Shown here: positions 53,022 through 61,311 of the stretch, one piece after another | Layout: each line of letters begins with the position of its first letter | How positions within the stretch are numbered: the stretch's first letter is position 1 | Source: Candidatus Poribacteria bacterium | GTDB taxonomy: Bacteria; Poribacteria; WGA-4E; PCPOR2b | Reading direction: 5' to 3' | Length of the DNA: 64,000 nt | Assembly: GCA_965116925.1 (NCBI GenBank) | Contig: OZ220744.1 | Coordinates: forward strand, 3,232,001 to 3,296,000 | Notes under the pieces: model-generated | The model's database searches: none | Told to the model about the DNA's origin: nothing | Seen by the model: only the letters and a program-made list of their open reading frames with translations | Program-made: the position numbers and the translations under genes

Positions 53022-53416
53022 ACATCTACGAAGAAGACATTCTCGATCATTACGAAAACCCAAGTAATTACGGAACACTTGAGAATCCCGACATCTCTTA
53101 TGAGGAAGACAATCCCCTGTGTGGCGATCAGATTCGGATGGATCTCAAGGTTGAGGACGGTATCATAACCGACCTTCGATTCTCTGGTCACGGTTGTACC
53201 ATCAGCCAAGCAGCCGCTTCAATGTTGACAGAAGAGATTAAAGGCAAACATCTGGATGAGGTCAAACAGTTAAGCAGAGATGATATCTTGGACATGCTCG
53301 GCATCCCCTTAGGTCCCGTCCGTCTCAAGTGTGGACTGTTGGCATTAAAAGTACTAAAAGCCGGTGCTTATGGTCTCAAGGGTTGGCCCGGAGAAGAAGA
53401 CGAGGAGACCGAATGA
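53018..53416 (+). CDS. sufU: SufU/NifU-like protein
   Basis: NPLCGD, GCTISQA, RLKC. Confidence 0.92.
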   Translation: MNIYEEDILDHYENPSNYGTLENPDISYEEDNPLCGDQIRMDLKVEDGIITDLRFSGHGCTISQAAASMLTEEIKGKHLDEVKQLSRDDILDMLGIPLGPVRLKCGLLALKVLKAGAYGLKGWPGEEDEETE

Positions 53417-53727
53417 GCGAGTTTTTTGAGGTCGCAAAAGTCAGTGAACTGCCGCCGGGGGGCAAGAAACTGGTTGAAGTGGACGACATACCCGTTGCAC
53501 TGTTCAATGTAAATGGCGAGTTTTTCGCTATCGAAGATGTCTGCACCCACGATGGAGGGCCCCTCGCTGAAGGCGAACTTGATGGCGACGAGATCGAATG
53601 CCCACGACACGGGGCACGCTTCAACGTCTGCACCGGTGCAGTCCTGTGTATGCCAGCAACCGAGCCAGTCGAGTGTTACGAGGTCAAGGTTGAAGGCGAT
53701 ACGGTTTTCGTCCGCACAGATTATTAG
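53413..53727 (+). CDS. Rieske-type ferredoxin
   Basis: CTH...CPRH; ATG at 53413 overlaps the sufU stop. Confidence 0.93.
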   Translation: MSEFFEVAKVSELPPGGKKLVEVDDIPVALFNVNGEFFAIEDVCTHDGGPLAEGELDGDEIECPRHGARFNVCTGAVLCMPATEPVECYEVKVEGDTVFVRTDY

Positions 53728-53740
53728 CCACTGGTGCTAG

Positions 53741-53851
53741 TACACTGTCAGGCAAATTATGATTGTCTATATGGATTGAGACTCATAATACTTCGTAGGG
53801 GTCGGGTCACCCGACCCCCTTGTTGATATGCAAAACTTATATGACTGAGTA
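53741..53851. mobile_element. MITE family D flanked by CTAG
   Basis: tacactgtca / tgactgagta imperfect inverted repeats, CTAG on both sides, internal GTAG-REP at 53795. Confidence 0.65.
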
Positions 53852-53911
53852 CTAGTTGGTTTCACGTTTCACGCATCACGTTTTACTCTCGGTTGTGAAT
53901 GGAGGATTCTT

Positions 53912-54211
53912 ATGGTAACAGAAGATGCTGTATTTGAAGCAGTCAAAGAGATTATTGATCCAGAAGTTGGTATTAACATTGTTGATATGGGATTGATTTA
54001 CGGCGTTGACGTTGAGGACGAAACCGTTAACATCACAATGACCCTAACCAGCCCGGGCTGTCCCGCCGGTGGACAACTTATCAACGGAACGCAGCATGTC
54101 ACCCAACAACTTGAGGGCGTTGACGAAGTGAACATCAATGTCGTTTGGACGCCGCGTTGGACACCAGAAATGATGACCGAAGAAGCTAAGGACGAATTGG
54201 GTATCTTTTAA
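53912..54211 (+). CDS. sufT: SufT / DUF59 Fe-S maturation factor
   Basis: DPE..NIVDMGL, TLTSPGCP, W.P.W. Confidence 0.92.
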   Translation: MVTEDAVFEAVKEIIDPEVGINIVDMGLIYGVDVEDETVNITMTLTSPGCPAGGQLINGTQHVTQQLEGVDEVNINVVWTPRWTPEMMTEEAKDELGIF

Positions 54212-54220
54212 TTTTTGTCT

Positions 54221-54568
54221 ATGAGACAACAACAGCCGAAAACGATTAAAAGATTGGGGAACGACGGGCTGCAGATCGTCTGGAAAGATGGGCACGAAAG
54301 TGAATACACCTATCCATATCTCAGGCGTATGTGTCCATGTGCGGAGTGTTCAACGATAAGGCACAGGGGGCAGGACGTTCACTCCCTATTCGGCCCCGAA
54401 GGACTCGGCGATCCAAGCCAGATTACAGTTCCAACCGATACCCAACCCCTTAACCTCGAGCTTGTGGGTCGTTATGCCATCCAGTTTACTTGGAGCGACG
54501 GACATTCGACCGGCATCTACTCTTTTGAAACACTCCGGGAAATCTGTCCCTGTCCGCAGTGCACTTAA
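54221..54568 (+). CDS. DUF971 (gamma-butyrobetaine hydroxylase N-terminal-like) protein
   Basis: W.DGH, LR..CPCAEC, G.YA...WSDGHSTGIY. Confidence 0.88.
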   Translation: MRQQQPKTIKRLGNDGLQIVWKDGHESEYTYPYLRRMCPCAECSTIRHRGQDVHSLFGPEGLGDPSQITVPTDTQPLNLELVGRYAIQFTWSDGHSTGIYSFETLREICPCPQCT

Positions 54569-54589
54569 TCGAAACCGAGGAACAAAAAA

Positions 54590-54955
54590 TTGAAAACAGC
54601 AGACGCCTCCCAAGCACCTCCACCGTTTCAACCGGAGAAACACGAAATTTCGGTCCAAGAACTCAAGGGTAAACTTGATCAAGGCGAACCCATCCAACTC
54701 ATTGATGTTCGAGAACCGATGGAACACCAGATCGTTTGTCTTGAAGAGGCACAACTCATCCCGATGAATGACCTGCCCCAACATATTGAGGGTCTCGATC
54801 CCAATGGTGAAATCATTCTCCATTGCCATCACGGAATGCGAAGTATGCAAGCCGCTTACTACCTATACCAAAACGGTTTCCAAAACGTGAAAAGTTTGAC
54901 CGGTGGAATCGATCAGTGGGCAATCGAAATCGACCCCACACTAAATCGCTACTGA
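54590..54955 (+). CDS. Rhodanese-domain sulfurtransferase
   Basis: DVRE, CHHGMRS, GGIDQW...IDP. Confidence 0.92.
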   Translation: MKTADASQAPPPFQPEKHEISVQELKGKLDQGEPIQLIDVREPMEHQIVCLEEAQLIPMNDLPQHIEGLDPNGEIILHCHHGMRSMQAAYYLYQNGFQNVKSLTGGIDQWAIEIDPTLNRY

Positions 54956-54973
54956 TTCTTAGAGAGGATTAAA

Positions 54974-55153
54974 ATGTTTGTTGAGTTTGAAGATAGAACT
55001 GGCATCCTTGAACGGGTGGAGATGGAAATTGAAGAGCCGTGCCCAATCTGTTGCGGTATGCTGTTTCTCATTGATGAATCCAATTCGGAAAGCGGGTATC
55101 GTTGTAGCAGCTGCAGCGTCCTGTTTGAGCCTGTAGACGATGATGACCTGTAA
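54974..55153 (+). CDS. Small acidic Cys-rich (zinc-ribbon-like) protein, 59 aa
   Basis: Below the ORF-track cutoff; RBS GAGAGGA; MFVEFEDRTGILERVEMEIEEPCPICCGMLFLIDESNSESGYRCSSCSVLFEPVDDDDL. Confidence 0.75.
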   Translation: MFVEFEDRTGILERVEMEIEEPCPICCGMLFLIDESNSESGYRCSSCSVLFEPVDDDDL

Positions 55154-55566
55154 AACAAACTGCCGAATCTTCATTTAGGAGTTACACCTGAGCCCCAATG
55201 CTGCGATCGAGATTCAAAACAACCTCCCTCCCCCAACTTTTGTCTTTCCGCGATCTCAAAGAGTATCCCCTCGTTAAATAACGTTAACAACTTGAGTTAA
55301 TATCCGTAGCGCAAACTGTTAGTTTGCGAGCTGGGATCACAATCTAACAGATCGTGGTACAAAAGTCGATCGTAGGTCGAGATTCACATCTCGACACAAA
55401 ACCGTCGATTTTGGCAAATCGACCTACAGAAGAAATCCGAAGCCATCTCTGACGTGTGAACAAAGGGTTGGGAGACCCAACCCCTACGAAGGGGCATGTG
55501 TTTGTGTGCCCCCTTGATCGTCTGATTACGATGAAATGTCAACAGAACCTAGCAAGACGAATTAAC

Positions 55567-56406
55567 ATGGAAAGAATTTGTCGAATAACACAACTAACCT
55601 TATTTGTTATGCTGTTTGTGGTTATCAGCAGCGGACTTTTCGGTTGTGCCGGAAGAATCAGCGATATTAACATCTTCACCGACGCACAAGAAGTCCAGCT
55701 TGGGAAACAATTCTCTGGCGAAATCGAAAAAGAGATGAAGATGTACTCAGATCCGATTGTGACCGCGTACATCGATCAACTCGGACAACACCTCGCAAAC
55801 CATTCCCAACGACAGAACATCACCTACCACTTCAAGGTTGTGGACACCGACGTTGTCAATGCGTTTGCAGTACCGGGCGGATATCTCTATGTGAATATTG
55901 GACTGATCCGTGCGGCAGAAAATGAATCCGAACTAGCAGGCGTGATTGGTCATGAAATCGGACATGTCGTCGGTAAACACGGCGTAAAGCAGATGACCCG
56001 ACAACTTGGGCTCGCAGCGGTGGCACAGTTGGCTCTGGGAGAAGACCAAAGCAAACTCAAACAGATGGTCGCTAACTTGGCTGCGGGTGGAGTCCTGATG
56101 AAGTACAGCCGGGACGCTGAGAGGGAGGCAGATATATACGCCGTCCAAGAGATGTATGATGCCGGCATCAACCCCGAAGGTATGGCGACATTTTTTGAAA
56201 AACTGCTTGAACGCCAGAGAGGGAAGCCGTCAAGGCTTGCACAGATGTTCTCGACACATCCGCCGACAACTGAACGGATTGCCGCTGTCCGGTCGCAGAT
56301 AGCCAAATTGCCCCGAAAGTCCAATCTGAAGAAAGATTCTCAGCGTTTTCACCAAATAAAAAAACGGCTGCCACCCCCCTCAAAAACGTCGAAAGGGAAA
56401 CGCTAA
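55567..56406 (+). CDS. M48 metalloprotease lipoprotein (BepA/YfgC-like)
   Basis: Lipobox LFGC, NAFAVPGG, HEIGH, YSR..E.EAD, STHP. Confidence 0.92.
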   Translation: MERICRITQLTLFVMLFVVISSGLFGCAGRISDINIFTDAQEVQLGKQFSGEIEKEMKMYSDPIVTAYIDQLGQHLANHSQRQNITYHFKVVDTDVVNAFAVPGGYLYVNIGLIRAAENESELAGVIGHEIGHVVGKHGVKQMTRQLGLAAVAQLALGEDQSKLKQMVANLAAGGVLMKYSRDAEREADIYAVQEMYDAGINPEGMATFFEKLLERQRGKPSRLAQMFSTHPPTTERIAAVRSQIAKLPRKSNLKKDSQRFHQIKKRLPPPSKTSKGKR

Positions 56407-56452
56407 AACGCCACCAATACCAAACGATCAATGACCGAAAGGAGTGCATCGA

Positions 56453-57625
56453 ATGCGTTGGTTACTACCCGTTTTAAGCGTGGTTTTCATTGTCTTGTTA
56501 TTCTCTTCAGATGCTCAAGGGTTTATTTATCGAGAGTTTACCATCCAAGAGATTATTGAGGGCAGCACCAATATCGCGTTTGGAAAAATTAAAAGCGTCG
56601 ATACCAAGAGAATGAACGCCATCATTGAGATCGAAGAGGATCTCAAGGGACAAAAACTTGACCAGATTAAACTCAACATTGCCACCGGTTGGTATGTCCG
56701 AGGAAGCTCACCGCAGAAGATGATCGATCTACTCAAAGTCGGTATGCCCCTCATCGTTTTTTACCAACAGACGTATGTTGTCGAAGCACTTGGATATTTT
56801 GATGGAACGTGGTATAGAAACCGCACGAGGGATCCTAAAGGATGGTGGGTGTTTACGCATCTGTGTCCCTATATGGAGCGGACATTCGATGGAACAACTA
56901 TCGAATTCCGAGAGGTTATCCGAGCGATTCTCGCGGGTGAGCGATGGGTGGGGGCGCCGGAAGATGCCTTGAAGATATTGACTTTGACGGGAAATACTGA
57001 AGTCATGCCGTCTGATAGTCCCGTTCCTGTGCCAACCAACACCGTCAGTTATGAATACAACACCATCCGATCTGTCCGCAAGGTTAAGAACAGAACGATG
57101 GCGTACGAGGCAACCCAAGATCCCGCCTTGCCCGGCTTAGACGAAGTCGATATGTTGTGGCTTGGACATCGCGAGATCGCTTATGGCGGTTACCTGCTCA
57201 ACGAAGCAACTGAGAAGAAGATCAAAGCCTTCGTCGAAAATGGCGGGATTGTTATTGTGAGCGGACAGGACGCGGATCGGGAAGAGCCGTTTGAAATCGG
57301 TTGGTTGGCAGGAAGTATGAACGGTGTTGAACGAAAGCCAACTCAGGATTTTGCTGTCACAGAGCAAGGGCAAAAACTGTTTGCCGAACCGAATGAGATC
57401 CAAGCCGGGCGTCTGTATATCGATGACACTTGGACGGATTGGGACAGTGACTTTCAAGTGTTAGCGACTGCCAATGACGGAGAAGACCTCGTTGTTGGAG
57501 TACGAAAGCACGGCAAAGGGCTGTACATCATCACAAGCCTCCGCAATGATAATCGGTACACCGTTGAAAGAAACAAGGGGTTAATCGAGAATATCCTTCA
57601 CTACGCCGCCAGCCAAGTTCAATAA
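56453..57625 (+). CDS. Secreted hypothetical protein, C-terminal class I glutamine-amidotransferase-like fold
   Basis: Signal peptide; FVENGGIVIVSG, GKGLYI, LIENIL. Confidence 0.55.
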   Translation: MRWLLPVLSVVFIVLLFSSDAQGFIYREFTIQEIIEGSTNIAFGKIKSVDTKRMNAIIEIEEDLKGQKLDQIKLNIATGWYVRGSSPQKMIDLLKVGMPLIVFYQQTYVVEALGYFDGTWYRNRTRDPKGWWVFTHLCPYMERTFDGTTIEFREVIRAILAGERWVGAPEDALKILTLTGNTEVMPSDSPVPVPTNTVSYEYNTIRSVRKVKNRTMAYEATQDPALPGLDEVDMLWLGHREIAYGGYLLNEATEKKIKAFVENGGIVIVSGQDADREEPFEIGWLAGSMNGVERKPTQDFAVTEQGQKLFAEPNEIQAGRLYIDDTWTDWDSDFQVLATANDGEDLVVGVRKHGKGLYIITSLRNDNRYTVERNKGLIENILHYAASQVQ

Positions 57626-57826
57626 CGCGAAACCTCTCAGAAAATCTACCCACGTTCAGGGGAAATCGGCTTCACCGGCTCATTTCTCCATCAATTAAAT
57701 TTCTCGCCTATCCTCTCTTTCACCCCTCCTCCCTGCTATTGTCACCTCAAGCGTTCACTTATTCAAAACTTCTTTCGCGCATCAAGGCGGATATATTTCC
57801 GCCTTGCACAATTAACCAATTTTTCC

Positions 57827-57855
57827 TTGAGATTCAAGGCAACCTATGCTACACT
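57827..57855 (+). promoter_or_regulatory. Sigma-70 promoter upstream of the pseudogene
   Basis: TTGAGA-17-TACACT with extended -10. Confidence 0.45.
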
Positions 57856-57889
57856 CTCATTCACGTTATCCAATTAACGGGAGGGCACT

Positions 57890-58473
57890 ATGAATACTAA
57901 TCCTGAGACCACTGAACTCCGAGAAGTTGTTCAGCAAAGGATCGAAATGGTCAAACAGAATGCCTACTTGCGTGGTGCATTTGAGCAGATGAACAAACGC
58001 TTCAATGACTTATAGTGAATTCAAAAAATAAAGAAACACTTGCGCCCCCCCGGTAGGTGCGGTTTGTAACCGCACCGGTTTGGCGTGTCCCATTAATTCT
58101 AAAATCTACTATAGTTGAATCTATCAACCAACGCTTTGAACAAGTGGACAAACGCTTTGGGCAGGTGAACCGACGCTTTGATGACTCGGCTGAATCTGTC
58201 AACCAACGCTTCGATCCGGTGGACAAACGTATCAATGACCTTATCCAACTTTTCGATTACCGCTTTGAGCAAGTAGATAAACGTATTGACGACCTTACCC
58301 AGTCTGTCAACCAACGCTTCGAGCAGATGGAAAGACGCTTTGAGGCAATGGAGGGATAGACTTCTAGCGTTGAGGGGCAAGTCAGTACGCAGTTGAGATG
58401 GATTATTGGGTTGATGGCATCAATGTATCTAGCACTCATCGCTTTGATTATCAAGGTGTTTTTAGGATCATAA
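57890..58473 (+). pseudogene. Coiled-coil (RFEQVDK repeat) protein with C-terminal membrane anchor, broken by a MITE and an in-frame TAG
   Basis: ATG at 57890; frame restored on removing 58013-58113; TAG at 58357 precedes LRWIIGLMASMYLALIALIIKVFL. Confidence 0.8.
58013..58111. mobile_element. MITE family A inserted in a gene
   Basis: TA duplicated at 58011-12 and 58112-13. Confidence 0.9.
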
Positions 58474-58495
58474 TTTTCAAATAAACGGAAAGCCG

Positions 58496-59800
58496 ATGCA
58501 CTCAATAAACAAAATCGCTGCACTGTCCCTACTTCTTTTTTTTACGATAGCGAGCAGCGTCTACCCACAGTGGTTACTTGTACCGATGGATAATACACAG
58601 GTCAACCATCTGAAGGCTTACGGATTGACCTACTGGACACTCGAAGTTCCCCGCGAATATGATGCAAAGTGGTTGTTAAACTATCGCGGCGGCTCCTTTC
58701 TTCTGAATGATTCCCCAGATGTACAACTTAAAGCGCAAGTGATGGGGGTCAGTTTCCAGCCAATCTCAACTGCCGAGTACGGTGCAATCCAAGTAGAAAT
58801 GGATAACAGCAATATGGATGAGATCCTGCTGGAAAAAGCACCCAAGATCGCCGTATACGCCCCATCGGAGGATTCGCCCTACCGAGATCCATGGGACGAT
58901 GCCGTAAAAATTGCCCTTGAATACGCGGAGATTCCATACGATACAATCTGGGATAAAGAGGTCGAAGCTGGGATACTGTTTACAGGAGAGTATGATTGGC
59001 TACATCTGCATCACGAAGATTTTACAGGGCAGCACGGAAAATTCCACAGCGCGTATAAGGGGCAAGTCTGGTATCAACAGCGCAAACATCTGTTTGAGGG
59101 TGCTGCAGCGGACGCAGGATTTAACAGCGTGCCGAAGCACAAAGCGTACATTACCCAGCTAATCCAAGATTACATCGTCAAAGGCGGATTCCTTTTCGCC
59201 ATGTGTTCTGCACCAGAAACGCTGGATATCGCGCTCTCGACAAACGGAGGAAGCGTGGACATCGTCGCCCCAGAACTCGACGGAACCCCACTGGCTCCGG
59301 ACTATCAGTCCAAGCTCGATTTCAATAAAACCTTTGCCTTTGAAAGGTTTGTCCTTTACCCCAACCCGAATCGGTACGAATTTTCAAATATCGACAACCC
59401 ACGCCCAGAACTCAATCCGCTCACAGGTCTGGAGGATTTCATCCTGTTTGAGTTCGCCGCAAAGCATGATCCCATTCCCACCATGCTCACCCAAAATCAT
59501 GTGAATCGGGTGCGTGGATTCCTCGGACAGACCACATCGTTCAACAAGAACACCATCCGTGAAACAATCACAATCATGGGTGACATCGAAGGTACCCGCT
59601 ATGCCAAGTACGTTCACGGCAAGTTGGGCAAGGGCACATTCACATTTCTCGGTGGACATGATCCGGAGGACTATCGCCACCTCGTCGGCGAGGGCAGAGT
59701 CCCGACCAACTTAGATCTCCATAAACATTCGCCCGGCTACCGGCTTATCCTGAACAACATCTTGTTCCCCGCAGCAAAGAAAAAGCCCCAGAAGACGTAA
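58496..59800 (+). CDS. Conserved secreted protein of the family often mislabelled 'asparagine synthetase B'
   Basis: NHLKAYG, WLLNYRGGSF, PWDDAV, HLHHEDFTGQ, SPGYRLILNN; lacks AsnB motifs. Confidence 0.75.
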   Translation: MHSINKIAALSLLLFFTIASSVYPQWLLVPMDNTQVNHLKAYGLTYWTLEVPREYDAKWLLNYRGGSFLLNDSPDVQLKAQVMGVSFQPISTAEYGAIQVEMDNSNMDEILLEKAPKIAVYAPSEDSPYRDPWDDAVKIALEYAEIPYDTIWDKEVEAGILFTGEYDWLHLHHEDFTGQHGKFHSAYKGQVWYQQRKHLFEGAAADAGFNSVPKHKAYITQLIQDYIVKGGFLFAMCSAPETLDIALSTNGGSVDIVAPELDGTPLAPDYQSKLDFNKTFAFERFVLYPNPNRYEFSNIDNPRPELNPLTGLEDFILFEFAAKHDPIPTMLTQNHVNRVRGFLGQTTSFNKNTIRETITIMGDIEGTRYAKYVHGKLGKGTFTFLGGHDPEDYRHLVGEGRVPTNLDLHKHSPGYRLILNNILFPAAKKKPQKT

Positions 59801-59937
59801 TAGATTCAAATAGATCTCCGTAATCCGTAGGTTGGGTTGAACGGAGTGAAACCCAACATCCTCCTGTAGCAACACCGTCGCTGTAGGTCGAGATTCACAT
59901 CTCGACGATCCCCTGTACACACAGAAAGGAGAATACA

Positions 59938-60372
59938 ATGGCATACTTTTTCCACAAAGAAGATGCAGAAGTTGTTCGGATTGAAGGCGAAGCACCCCGC
60001 ACACTGTACACCTGTATTGAACCCAAGACAGCCGATACCGAGCATTTTTCGATGGGGCTAGAGGAGATTGATCCCCACAGCGAAATCCCGTGGCATTCCC
60101 ATTCCGATGCGGAGGAGATTATCTTTGTATTTGGCGGAGAAGGTGTAGGATATGTCGCCGATGAAGTGGCAGACCTGAAACCGGGAACAGTGATTTACCT
60201 GCCGCCGACGGTCGAACACCGCTTTGTCAACACCGGCGACACGCCGCTCTGGATCACGTGGGCACTTTCGCCCCCCGGCTTTGAGACACAAATTCGGAAA
60301 ATCGCCGATGGGTCCGCTGGGATGGAGGTCTTTAGTGAAACAGAAGATGCGAATTCCGATGGACAGTCCTAG
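59938..60372 (+). CDS. Cupin domain protein
   Basis: HSH..AEE, PG...P..VEH.F.N. Confidence 0.88.
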   Translation: MAYFFHKEDAEVVRIEGEAPRTLYTCIEPKTADTEHFSMGLEEIDPHSEIPWHSHSDAEEIIFVFGGEGVGYVADEVADLKPGTVIYLPPTVEHRFVNTGDTPLWITWALSPPGFETQIRKIADGSAGMEVFSETEDANSDGQS

Positions 60373-60405
60373 GGGAATCAGGCGTTTCACAAATCGGCAG
60401 TTGAT

Positions 60406-61311
60406 ATGACAGAAAACTACCGTTACCCCAATATTCTCCAGGCTATCTGGATTCTGGTTTTACTCAATATTCTATCGAGCGTGTTACTTATCCTCTGGTA
60501 TAGCTTTGTGCGTGTGACCGGCTTTCTGCTTCTAGTTCACTTCGCTGTCACGTCATTGATTGGTCTCATTCCCTACGGGCTAATTTTGATGAGAGGGCTT
60601 AAACGCGCTAACACCTCATTCAGAGAAATATGTCCGCTCGTGCCGGTACGATTGTCCCTATTTTTCCCAATGGCTCTCACAATCATTGGCATCTTTAGCC
60701 TACTTGAAATAGGGTCTTGGCTAAACTTCTTCCCGTCCCCGTCAGAGTGGTACCCAGAGTGGTACACCGATTTTATGTATAATCTTGTGGTTGCTCCAAA
60801 TGCTCATGTGGTTGCTCCAATGTGGGTTATAGCTGCAAGTTTCGTGATAGTTGGCCCCTTGACTGAAGAACTGTTAGTGCGAGGGTTGATACTACGTGGT
60901 TTTCTGAGTCGTTATAGCGTGCGAAAAGCTGTCCTTGCTTCCGCCCTGCTTCCTGTATTGATACCCTTCAATTCTTTGAACTTCATCGGTCTCACTATGT
61001 TGGGCATTCTACTCGCATGGTGGTTTATTCAGACGCGCTCGATGCTTCCCTGTTTTCTTGGTCATGCCCTCTATGGCGCGTTGGAAATCGCTTATATCCT
61101 ACTTAGTCAATTGGAGCTTAGTCAATCGGAGATATGGTTTCAGCCTCTCTTGGAGATATGGTTTCGTTTTTTCTGGGGGAACTTTGTCTGGGGGAACCTT
61201 ATTGGTGTCATACTGACAGCGTTAGGGATATGGCTTTTGGTTCATCAGTTTCGGAAATCGAGTGATATAGTTCCTGAAGATGTATCTGGAGATAGATCCG
61301 ACCAATTATGA
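60406..61311 (+). CDS. CPBP (CAAX/Abi) intramembrane protease-like protein, degenerate
   Basis: TEELLVRG motif, multiple TM segments. Confidence 0.78.
   Translation: MTENYRYPNILQAIWILVLLNILSSVLLILWYSFVRVTGFLLLVHFAVTSLIGLIPYGLILMRGLKRANTSFREICPLVPVRLSLFFPMALTIIGIFSLLEIGSWLNFFPSPSEWYPEWYTDFMYNLVVAPNAHVVAPMWVIAASFVIVGPLTEELLVRGLILRGFLSRYSVRKAVLASALLPVLIPFNSLNFIGLTMLGILLAWWFIQTRSMLPCFLGHALYGALEIAYILLSQLELSQSEIWFQPLLEIWFRFFWGNFVWGNLIGVILTALGIWLLVHQFRKSSDIVPEDVSGDRSDQL

Noticed and set aside
54974..55153. LysW amino-group carrier identity
   Set aside because: Lacks the C-terminal EDWGE and there are no lys/arg genes nearby
58357..58359. Amber as pyrrolysine or programmed readthrough
   Set aside because: The gene is already broken by a MITE and no pyl genes are in the window; a nonsense mutation is simpler
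58057..58359. ORF-track 100-aa protein as a real gene
   Set aside because: Its start lies inside the MITE; it is the middle of the pseudogene
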